Assembly: GCA_023131705.1 (NCBI GenBank)
Contig: JAGLZG010000182.1
Span: 1-54,349 of the forward strand
Origin: Nanobdellota archaeon
Lineage (GTDB): Archaea; Nanobdellota; Nanobdellia; Woesearchaeales; B3-WOES
DNA: 54,349 nucleotides
Direction of reading: 5' to 3'
Part shown: positions 18,179 through 24,711 of the stretch, one piece after another
Numbering within the stretch: position 1 is the stretch's first letter
Layout: every line of letters starts with the position of its first letter
Translations under genes and position numbers: made by a program
Notes under the pieces: generated by a model
What the model saw: the letters and a program-made list of their open reading frames with translations, nothing else
The model's database searches: none
Told to the model about the DNA's origin: nothing

Positions 18179-18212
18179 GAAGTTTGTTAGACCTTTCGAA
18201 GTTTGTTAGACC
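18179..18212. repeat. tandem 15-bp direct repeat GAAGTTTGTTAGACC x2 (19-bp period); putative operator/iteron
   Basis: The two perfect copies are at 18179..18193 and 18198..18212. Confidence 0.7.
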
Positions 18213-18329
18213 ATTCGGGAATTGGCTAACTTTCTTTTAAACATCTGGGTTTGTTTAACAATGTTAGTTCGTTGTAACAAAATAAGTTGCTTAGAAATGG
18301 CGGCTACATGGGATTTATTAATAAAATTT

Positions 18330-18545
18330 TAATGATTAAATAATCACTTTTTTATTGTCTTAAATAAAGGTCATTATGCGATTGAGTTATTATTATATGT
18401 TTTTATTCTTATTATTATATATATATCTTTATTATTACTATTATTCTATTATATATATATTATTATATATATAAATATATACTTATTAGGTATACACACA
18501 ATGACCCTTATTTAGAGATGTTAAAAATTGATTAATTAATCATTA
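18330..18545. repeat. origin-like element: nested inverted repeats flanking a ~100-bp (TA/TTA)n low-complexity core
   Basis: The outer inverted repeat is TAATGATTAA (18330..18339) / TTAATCATTA (18536..18545). The inner one is TAAATAAAGGTCATT (18361..18375) / AATGACCCTTATTTA (18500..18514), with 1 mismatch. The core is roughly 18391..18485. Confidence 0.55.
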
Positions 18546-18751
18546 AATCTTTACTTCTATTATCTTACAGGTAAGACAAGAAAATTTTTTATAAAATTAA
18601 ATCTTTAAAATTACAACCAACAACCAGCTAAAAAACTAAACAACATATTTTTGAAAAGAAATAACTTTTTAAATAACTTATCTACTTTTTAAAACCTAAA
18701 TGACTAAACAACATCTATCTACTCTTTAACTTATCTTCCAACTTGGAATAA

Positions 18752-18766
18752 ATAACTTAGTCATCT
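18752..18766. repeat. left arm of a 15-bp perfect inverted repeat, ATAACTTAGTCATCT
   Basis: The partner AGATGACTAAGTTAT is at 19127..19141. A partial third copy, TTAGTCATCT, is at 19829..19838. Confidence 0.65.
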
Positions 18767-18922
18767 GCTCGGTGGAAAATTTTTTAATGGTTAACTTGTT
18801 AATTTTCTAAAGTTAACCACTTTACAGGTTAAGAATGTTCAATGATTGAACAAGGCTTCAGAAATTGCACAAGCAAAGGCTTTTTAAAAAGGCAAGCTCC
18901 AGAGCGGCATTTTAAAGCACGA

Positions 18923-18968
18923 CAAGGCACGCTTGAAAAAACTTGATGGATTGGTCAAGGCACGCTTG
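18923..18968. repeat. 13-bp direct repeat CAAGGCACGCTTG x2, 33 bp apart
   Basis: The two perfect copies are at 18923..18935 and 18956..18968. Confidence 0.65.
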
Positions 18969-19070
18969 GAAAGTTGCTTAGAATGCTTTAAAAATTGCCT
19001 TGACAAAGCACAAAATCCCTTTAACAATCCGCTTTTAAAAATCCAGATTTGGAAAGTTTTTTATTATTAA

Positions 19071-19092
19071 AATGTTAGACTTAACTAACATT
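19071..19092. repeat. palindrome AATGTTAG-acttaa-CTAACATT (TGTTAG-box pair)
   Basis: The 8-bp arms are perfectly complementary. Confidence 0.6.
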
Positions 19093-19126
19093 TAAAAATG
19101 GCTTCTACTCAACGAAATTTGATGGT

Positions 19127-19141
19127 AGATGACTAAGTTAT
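19127..19141. repeat. right arm of the 15-bp inverted repeat, AGATGACTAAGTTAT
   Basis: It is the reverse complement of 18752..18766 and lies just upstream of the rightward promoter. Confidence 0.65.
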
Positions 19142-19159
19142 ATATATGACTAAAAGAGA

Positions 19160-19188
19160 TTGACAAGATGTTTTTAATTTGTTATTAT
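19160..19188 (+). promoter_or_regulatory. sigma70-type promoter TTGACA-N17-TATTAT (rightward)
   Basis: The sequence reads TTGACAagatgtttttaatttgtTATTAT. Confidence 0.6.
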
Positions 19189-19414
19189 TCATTTATTGAT
19201 TATTATTAAAAGTTTAATCTTAATTTCAATATTCTAATCTCCATATTAAAAAATTGTTCTTTAACAATTGACAAAGCAAAAAAGGTGTTTTACTTCTTTT
19301 AAAAAATAGGAGTTTTTAAAATGATAAACTTGATACCTTTAATGTATGCAGCAGCAATGCTAACAATGTTATTTGGCATTTTATAAAACTTGAAAATTAA
19401 AAAGGAGTAAAAAA

Positions 19415-19735
19415 ATGAATAGAAATGAAATGAAAACACTTTCAGATGCTACCAGCAAGGAATGGAGAGAAATAAGAAAACAAGCGGTTAAACATAATTT
19501 TGATAACTTTGATAATTTAGAAGTTGACCTACAAAGTTATTTAAAAAAACTCGGTATTTCAATTTTAATAGATAGGTTGAATGCTACAAGTGAAAGCAAG
19601 CAGGATTGTATTATTGCTAACAAAATCAATCTAAAACTACCGAGCAAAAAACAAACAGCCGAGCAAAAATTTGTAAATCAATTTAGCAAGTTGACAGACG
19701 AACAAAAAACCGAAATTATCAAAAAGTTATCTTAA
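19415..19735 (+). CDS. early hypothetical protein (Lys-rich)
   Basis: 106 aa with an AAGGAG RBS. It is a monocistronic unit ended by the terminator at 19783..19812. Confidence 0.6.
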   Translation: MNRNEMKTLSDATSKEWREIRKQAVKHNFDNFDNLEVDLQSYLKKLGISILIDRLNATSESKQDCIIANKINLKLPSKKQTAEQKFVNQFSKLTDEQKTEIIKKLS

Positions 19736-19782
19736 CGGTTAAATTGTTAAAATTTTAATTAAAAAGAAGTAAGACACCTAAC

Positions 19783-19812
19783 AACCTACCTTAAAAAGTA
19801 GGTTATTTTTTT
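19783..19812 (+). terminator. rho-independent terminator
   Basis: AACCTAC-cttaaaaa-GTAGGTT followed by aTTTTTTT. Confidence 0.7.
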
Positions 19813-20022
19813 AGCCCAGATAAGTGATTTAGTCATCTATGTTAGATGGTTATAAAAAGTTGCTTTGGAATGGTCAAACTGGAATGGTTAAATAAATTTG
19901 GATTGACAAAATAAGTTCAATCTAACTTTGTTAGCGGGAACTTTGAAAGTTTGACTGGACTAACACTTGACAGAGGTGAACGAGAATGTTAGTTTGGACT
20001 AATATCATGTTCCAGAAATCCC

Positions 20023-20152
20023 TGTCGGGCTATTCTGTCGGGCGTTCTAAATAATCCTGTCGGGGTGTTGGGTAGATGTGTCGGGGTGTGAAGTGGGTTT
20101 CATAAGGAAACTCTCTAAAATGTTTTTTAAATTATCTGTCGGATAAGTCGGG
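20023..20152 (+). repeat. array of five TGTCGG(G/A) boxes plus one GTCGGG, upstream of the rightward multigene operon
   Basis: The copies are at 20023, 20036, 20058, 20079 and 20137, with GTCGGG at 20147. All are in the same orientation. Confidence 0.7.
20092..20116. repeat. degenerate hairpin-family copy AGTGGGTTTC-ataag-GAAACTCTCT
   Basis: The left arm is identical to the copy at 8836. The right arm has diverged. Confidence 0.45.
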
Positions 20153-20183
20153 TGATTCTGAAAATTTTTTGGGAGGTGTTGTT

Positions 20184-20378
20184 ATGAAACAGACAATAGA
20201 AATAAAGACAGTTAAATCTCATGTAGAAGTCAAATCAGATTGTCCATTCTGTGGCGGGACAGGAAAATATCTAACAGGAAAATTAAAGGGTTTTACTTGT
20301 GTTGAGTGTATGGTTTTTTCTGACCCTGTAATGGAAAAAACAGAAATAGAAATTACAAAATCTGGTATTTTTATTTAG
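20184..20378 (+). CDS. small zinc-finger protein (CxxCxGxG ... CxxC)
   Basis: 64 aa with CPFCGGTG and CVEC, and a GGGAGG RBS 7 nt upstream of the ATG at 20184. The track ORF begins at an upstream TTG. Confidence 0.6.
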   Translation: MKQTIEIKTVKSHVEVKSDCPFCGGTGKYLTGKLKGFTCVECMVFSDPVMEKTEIEITKSGIFI

Positions 20379-20390
20379 GGAGGTGTTGAG

Positions 20391-20549
20391 ATGGAAGATG
20401 TCAGAGGAGTGGAATTTGCAGAGATTTTAATCTCTGCAGATGGGAAAGCTATCTGGGTGAACACTGAAGAAGGATGTGTCGCCAGACTTAAGGAAGTTTC
20501 AGTAGTTGTCGTAAATGATATGAGAAATAAGAAGGTGAAATATGTCTGA
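20391..20549 (+). CDS. hypothetical 52-aa protein (not in the ORF track)
   Basis: It has the same GGGAGGTGT RBS context as the preceding gene and overlaps the next start. Confidence 0.5.
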   Translation: MEDVRGVEFAEILISADGKAIWVNTEEGCVARLKEVSVVVVNDMRNKKVKYV

Positions 20550-20877
20550 AAATTTAGAATTTAAGAAAAAAGTTCTGTCGGATAGTGAGCATCAAAACTT
20601 CAGAGACCTTTTTGAAAGAGAGGTCTTTCGGATTGACCAGATGCTTGGAATTGAGAGTCGTCGGCTGTTAGTAACTGTCGGATTGAGAAAAGTCATGTCG
20701 GAAAAATACGAGTCGGATGAAGCAAAAGAACTTGCCCTCAAAGAGAATAAGTTGCACTTTAACAAAAAACTATCATTCGCAAAAGAAACTAACCTAATGA
20801 AAGGTCTGGAAGAAATGAAAAATGACAGACCAGATGTATTTAAGCAAATCATGAACATTCTGAAGAATGATTTGTAA
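20542..20877 (+). CDS. hypothetical protein
   Basis: 111 aa, helical. Confidence 0.6.
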   Translation: MSENLEFKKKVLSDSEHQNFRDLFEREVFRIDQMLGIESRRLLVTVGLRKVMSEKYESDEAKELALKENKLHFNKKLSFAKETNLMKGLEEMKNDRPDVFKQIMNILKNDL

Positions 20878-20892
20878 AAATAGAGGTGTAAT

Positions 20893-21084
20893 ATGGATAC
20901 AGATGTATTAATATTTTTGTTATCTCTAATCATCTTCTCATTCTTATATTTTATTCCTACTTTTGTCGCACACTTTAGACATAAAGAAAATACAAATGCT
21001 ATTTTTTTAACCAACCTATTTTTTGGGTGGACAACAGTCGGATGGATTATTGCTCTGATTTGGGCGGTAACTAAGGATGTTTAA
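20893..21084 (+). CDS. superinfection immunity (Imm) family membrane protein
   Basis: YFIPTFVAHFRHKENTNAIFLTNLFFGWTTVGWIIALIWA matches the Imm_superinfect signature. Confidence 0.8.
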   Translation: MDTDVLIFLLSLIIFSFLYFIPTFVAHFRHKENTNAIFLTNLFFGWTTVGWIIALIWAVTKDV

Positions 21085-21099
21085 AAAGAATGACCTTTA

Positions 21100-21167
21100 G
21101 AGGTTTTTCTGGGTATCCAATAGATAAGTTGGGTATCCAAAAAAGTCTTTTAAAAGGAGGATTTAGA
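21100..21167 (+). promoter_or_regulatory. leader/promoter element copy 1: GAGGTTTTTCTGGGT-N19-TATCCAAAAA-N17-AAGGAGG
   Basis: It is homologous in sequence and spacing to 21788..21854. Confidence 0.55.
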
Positions 21168-21353
21168 ATGTTAAAAATCGGAGACCATGTAAGATTACCA
21201 AATGGCTTTGTGGGTATTATTAAAAGTGAGCCAAAAACTATAGTAGATAAAACTTACTACAGACTGCATATTCCTGCAATTGTAGAGTTGTCGCATTACT
21301 ATCCAGAAGAGGATTTGACAAAACTTTCTGATGAGGAGGTGAGAGATGTCTAA
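21168..21353 (+). CDS. hypothetical protein
   Basis: 61 aa from the ATG at 21168 with an AAGGAGG RBS. The N-terminal extension in the track covers the conserved leader element. Confidence 0.55.
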   Translation: MLKIGDHVRLPNGFVGIIKSEPKTIVDKTYYRLHIPAIVELSHYYPEEDLTKLSDEEVRDV

Positions 21354-21420
21354 TATAGAAGAAATAGTAGTAGCAATAATGATAGTTTGTCTAATGTCGT
21401 TGTCAATAGCTATATCGTGA
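21346..21420 (+). CDS. 24-aa hydrophobic micro-ORF (tentative)
   Basis: GAGGAGG RBS 6 nt upstream; sequence MSNIEEIVVAIMIVCLMSLSIAIS. Confidence 0.3.
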   Translation: MSNIEEIVVAIMIVCLMSLSIAIS

Positions 21421-21433
21421 AAAGGAGGAGATA

Positions 21434-21553
21434 ATGAAAAAAGAAGAAAGTCCTTTATTAATAGAGGCAAAAAAAGTTCAAAGTTGGTTTCTTAAAATCC
21501 ACATAGACTGCACCTTAAAGGAAGCGATTATTATTGTGATGGAAGAAAGTTGA
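21434..21553 (+). CDS. 39-aa hypothetical protein (not in the ORF track)
   Basis: AAAGGAGGAG RBS with 4-nt spacing. Confidence 0.4.
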   Translation: MKKEESPLLIEAKKVQSWFLKIHIDCTLKEAIIIVMEES

Positions 21554-21555
21554 AG

Positions 21556-21780
21556 ATGAGTATAATAGATGTAAAATTAGCAAGTGCCTTTACTTGGATA
21601 TTAGACAAGGGAACAATAAAAGACTGGACAGAGCTTTATGCTGCTTTTTATGGAATTGAAAGACATCGTAAAGTTTTTGAGACCGCCACTTTCACCAATC
21701 CTGATGAAGAGATAAGGATAAAGGACGAATATATGACAGTGACACTAATCAACGCCCTTGAGAATGAAAAAGAAAACTAA
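21556..21780 (+). CDS. hypothetical protein
   Basis: 74 aa from the ATG. The track used a TTG at 21550. Confidence 0.5.
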   Translation: MSIIDVKLASAFTWILDKGTIKDWTELYAAFYGIERHRKVFETATFTNPDEEIRIKDEYMTVTLINALENEKEN

Positions 21781-21787
21781 AGAAATG

Positions 21788-21854
21788 GAGGTTTTTCTGG
21801 GTGGGCATCAAAAAAGGTGTCTATCCAAAAATATCTCAAGAAAGGAGGCTTAAG
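21788..21854 (+). promoter_or_regulatory. leader/promoter element copy 2
   Basis: The layout GAGGTTTTTCTGGGT-N19-TATCCAAAAA-...AAGGAGG is the same as copy 1. Confidence 0.55.
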
Positions 21855-22229
21855 ATGAAACACACAAAAGAAGAGAAACAAAGTTATTTCAAGAACCTTA
21901 GAGAAAAGTGGAAACTTTCAAAAGACAAAGCAGATGTCGGGGCTATAAATGAGGTCATTGAAGAATATGGTCTCAAGGTTTCCCCCTATTCTTTTGCCTT
22001 TGTCGCCGCACAGATGAAGGAACTTGGTCTAGTAGGTATTCCCTACGTGGATATGAAAACCTATGATGGCTGGAGGGAGAATGGTTTCCAGGTGAGAAGA
22101 GGTACGAAGGCAAAAGTTGCAGGTCTCTTATGGTTAAGGACGGATAAAGAAGATAAGGAAAACAACTTCAGTTTCCCGAAGGTCTACCACCTTTTCCATA
22201 AAACTCAAGTGGAGGAGATAAAATGTTAG
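21855..22229 (+). CDS. ArdC N-terminal-like (DUF1738) ssDNA-binding protein candidate
   Basis: TYDGWRENGFQVRRGTKAKV resembles the ArdC_N core motif. The start was moved to the RBS-supported ATG at 21855. Confidence 0.4.
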   Translation: MKHTKEEKQSYFKNLREKWKLSKDKADVGAINEVIEEYGLKVSPYSFAFVAAQMKELGLVGIPYVDMKTYDGWRENGFQVRRGTKAKVAGLLWLRTDKEDKENNFSFPKVYHLFHKTQVEEIKC

Positions 22230-22486
22230 ACAAGGAAATAAACCCCACTTTGGAAATCTTAAAGCAAGACACAGTAGTCGCAGTGTGGGACAGAAAAAAA
22301 GTTGCTCCAGATAGTAAGGTAATCTTTGTCTTGTTTGTTAATGGAAAATTTCTCTATTTCACCCCTACTCCTGTCGGGTTGGAAAGTTGGTCTGCATTCG
22401 GGGATGAAGATGTGTTTGATTTTGAGAAGGCAGACAAGTTTATGAGAAATTTTGGTGGGCGGGTTATCTGGAAGAAGGAGGATTAA
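22223..22486 (+). CDS. hypothetical protein
   Basis: 87 aa, overlapping its neighbours. Confidence 0.55.
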   Translation: MLDKEINPTLEILKQDTVVAVWDRKKVAPDSKVIFVLFVNGKFLYFTPTPVGLESWSAFGDEDVFDFEKADKFMRNFGGRVIWKKED

Positions 22487-22487
22487 G

Positions 22488-22796
22488 ATGAGTATATTTA
22501 TGCAAGCAAGAGGCTTAACTGATGATAATGTTTTTTTCGGGGATTCTGGGGTTTTTGAATCCAAGTTTGATGACCTCAATACTCTGTTTAAATCACTTCA
22601 AAGAAGTTATGGAAAATGTATAGGTAAACTTTACCATAAAAATGGAGATTGTATTGGGTGGAAGTTTAAGAAGAAACTTCCTTACAAAGTAACTTATATA
22701 GTTATAACCCATGTTACTCTACATAAGAAAATGCCTGAAGTAACAACTAAGTATTTTTATAAAAAAGTTATGAGAAGGAAGAAAGGAGAAAGTTAA
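22488..22796 (+). CDS. hypothetical basic protein
   Basis: 102 aa from the ATG at 22488 with a GAAGGAGG RBS. Confidence 0.55.
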   Translation: MSIFMQARGLTDDNVFFGDSGVFESKFDDLNTLFKSLQRSYGKCIGKLYHKNGDCIGWKFKKKLPYKVTYIVITHVTLHKKMPEVTTKYFYKKVMRRKKGES

Positions 22797-23146
22797 TGAA
22801 ATCTAAAAAAGCTACTATTAGTTTGAATAAAGTCTTTGTTGGAGATGAACTTTTTTATATGGTTAAGTATTGGAAAAATGTAAAAAGCATCCAGCATTTA
22901 CCAGAAGATTATATAAGTGGAAATATTTATTTTTATGGTTATAAAAGACCTAATTTAAAGGGAGAATTTAGACAATATTTACATCTTCATATGGGATTGT
23001 TAGACTTTAGAATTACAACAGGTAAATTAATTCCAAAAGAGTATTGGGAGGATAATATTTCTCCTGCTTTAAAACAAGCAGCAAAGAGATTACAACATAT
23101 AAATCAAAGAGATAGTTGGTCTGGAGAAGTAACATTAGAGATTTAA
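22796..23146 (+). CDS. WSG-tail paralog 1 (domain only)
   Basis: 116 aa ending ...PALKQAAKRLQHINQRDSWSGEVTLEI. It aligns with the C-terminal ~110 aa of 25896..26483 and 27152..27736. Confidence 0.65.
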   Translation: MKSKKATISLNKVFVGDELFYMVKYWKNVKSIQHLPEDYISGNIYFYGYKRPNLKGEFRQYLHLHMGLLDFRITTGKLIPKEYWEDNISPALKQAAKRLQHINQRDSWSGEVTLEI

Positions 23147-23156
23147 TGTCGAAAGG

Positions 23157-23181
23157 AGAGGGTTTCATAAGGAAATCCTCT
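23157..23181. repeat. hairpin-family copy AGAGGGTTTC-ataag-GAAATCCTCT
   Basis: 10-bp stem with one G-T pair. It separates paralog 1 from the Ubl cassette. Confidence 0.5.
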
Positions 23182-23270
23182 TTCTACAGAATAAATAGAG
23201 AAGATGGAATTTCCCAAGAGTTTCACTCCAAATAGGAGCTCTTAGAAAATTTCGTTTTGGGAGGTGTCAA

Positions 23271-23558
23271 GTGACAGCAAAGAAGGAGACAACAAAGAAA
23301 AAGGGAACAACAACGAGGAAAACTGCAACAAAGAAGAAGATTACCCCAAAGGTAATCTTAGCTTTCGAGGGAGAGGAAGAGACTTACGAGGTAAGTGAAA
23401 TCACACCTGAGTTGCTTAGAAAAAAAGCAATAGAGGCAGGGATTGGAAAATTCGTTGTTACGGTAAACGGCTTTGCCATTGAGAGTCCAAGTGATTTTCC
23501 CGCCTTAGTAGGAAAGGAATACATCAAAATCCTTCCTTATGATAGGTGGGCTCTGTAG
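23271..23558 (+). CDS. ubiquitin-like beta-grasp (ThiS/MoaD-like) protein with a Lys/Thr-rich N-terminal tail
   Basis: It has a GTG start 6 nt after GGGAGG. The ~65-aa core KVILAFEG..ETYEV..ITPELLRKKAIEAGI..KFVVTVNG..EYIKILP follows a beta-beta-alpha-beta-beta pattern. It is the first gene of the E2/E1/JAB cassette. Confidence 0.55.
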   Translation: MTAKKETTKKKGTTTRKTATKKKITPKVILAFEGEEETYEVSEITPELLRKKAIEAGIGKFVVTVNGFAIESPSDFPALVGKEYIKILPYDRWAL

Positions 23559-23581
23559 GCTCTTTTGAAAAAAGAAGGGTT

Positions 23582-23598
23582 GGGGACTTAAAGTCCCC
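23582..23598 (+). promoter_or_regulatory. GC-rich hairpin GGGGACT-taa-AGTCCCC between the Ubl and E2-like genes
   Basis: Perfect 7-bp stem with no T-run. It ends 6 nt before the AAGGAGG RBS of the next gene. Confidence 0.45.
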
Positions 23599-23616
23599 GC
23601 CCTCAAGGAGGTCTTG

Positions 23617-24711
23617 ATGATAATAGAAGCCTATGTTGACGGTTCAACCTTTCATGTCAAAATAAAAATCACTTCAAAAATAAAACAAGCATTACATGAA
23701 AGATTTAAAGAATCCTCTGAATGGCAAACTTGGTTTCAAGAAGTAACCTCTCATTGTCGGTGTAATGATGGAGGTTATATAACAATGTCAGGTAGTATTG
23801 AAAGTATAATCAACTTTGACATAGCATATGACTATAATGAAGGGGCTGGTGAGTATACTCATTACAACTATACTTCTCATGAAGATGCAGAAGAGCGGCT
23901 CAGGTTATTTAACTTTTGGTTAAAAGATTATGGAAACCATGCTTTAAAAATTCTCCATGATTATTTTGTAGACCCATCTGATTTTTTGGGAAAACTAAAG
24001 GCTGATTGGCAACCAGCATTTCCAATTGAAGTTTCTCTTAATGGAAATGTATTCAAGCTTGTCGCAACAAACCAAAAGGATTTAGGAAAAAGTCTCACTG
24101 ATGACCTTAATAGACAATATACAACTTTGGTAGACATGTTCAAAAACCAGATAGGTGCTTATAAAGTATCATTAAAAATTAAAAGTGATGAACTTATAGC
24201 AAATAGTCTGCCTACTTTCCCAAAGTGGTTTACCTTTAACTCCCCTATGAAAAGACCTATAATTCTCTCTTACAACTTCCCATTCAATGCTGTGCAATTT
24301 TCAACAGTTATCTTATATAAACCAGAAAAATGGGTAACTGATGGTAAACTTTATAGAATAACAAATCCTATAAAGAGTGTGAAAGTCTGGTTTACTTTTT
24401 GTATTAGAGATAATAATAGAACAAATTTGAAAACTTGCCATTTACAAAGACCTATTGGGAAACTCTTTGAACATTATCACACATTAGACACTGGCTATGA
24501 TTGTCTCGGAAAAACAAAGGAAGTAGAATTAACATCTATGTTATCTTTAATAAACTTTATAGAAAGTATTGAGTTATCTCTCAGAACCATAGACAGAGAT
24601 GGGATAGCTTATAAAGCTCCAAGAAATAAATATCTTCCATCGATAGATAAATATAGCTTAGAAAAAGTAACAAAGGAGGAAGGGTGGATAGAAAAAGACA
24701 AGACGACTTAG
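23617..24711 (+). CDS. E2-like (UBC-fold) protein with an unknown ~200-aa N-terminal domain
   Basis: HYHTLDTGYDCL has spacing identical to the UBC active-site HPNIxxxGxICL. The Cys codon is at 24502..24504. A beta-rich segment precedes the motif. Confidence 0.55.
   Translation: MIIEAYVDGSTFHVKIKITSKIKQALHERFKESSEWQTWFQEVTSHCRCNDGGYITMSGSIESIINFDIAYDYNEGAGEYTHYNYTSHEDAEERLRLFNFWLKDYGNHALKILHDYFVDPSDFLGKLKADWQPAFPIEVSLNGNVFKLVATNQKDLGKSLTDDLNRQYTTLVDMFKNQIGAYKVSLKIKSDELIANSLPTFPKWFTFNSPMKRPIILSYNFPFNAVQFSTVILYKPEKWVTDGKLYRITNPIKSVKVWFTFCIRDNNRTNLKTCHLQRPIGKLFEHYHTLDTGYDCLGKTKEVELTSMLSLINFIESIELSLRTIDRDGIAYKAPRNKYLPSIDKYSLEKVTKEEGWIEKDKTT

Noticed and set aside
18380-18490. Possible CRISPR array or minisatellite in the highly repetitive TA-rich stretch
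   Set aside because: It is simple TA/TTA low-complexity DNA with no fixed-length repeat-spacer periodicity, and no cas genes are present. It is better explained as an unwinding element.
17650-19160. Possible tRNA or other structured RNA genes in the 1.5 kb ORF-free region
   Set aside because: I could not find a GTTCRAnYC T-loop, acceptor-stem complementarity or a cloverleaf arrangement by eye. A tRNAscan/Infernal run would be needed to exclude small RNAs.
21090-21167. N-terminal extensions of track ORFs (21090, 21801, 22452, 20169, 31035, 34513, 36365, 12971, 50148, 6901, 41001)
   Set aside because: Internal ATGs have canonical AGGAGG RBSs and remove overlaps with the upstream genes. Several of the extensions start at TTG/GTG and read through conserved non-coding elements.
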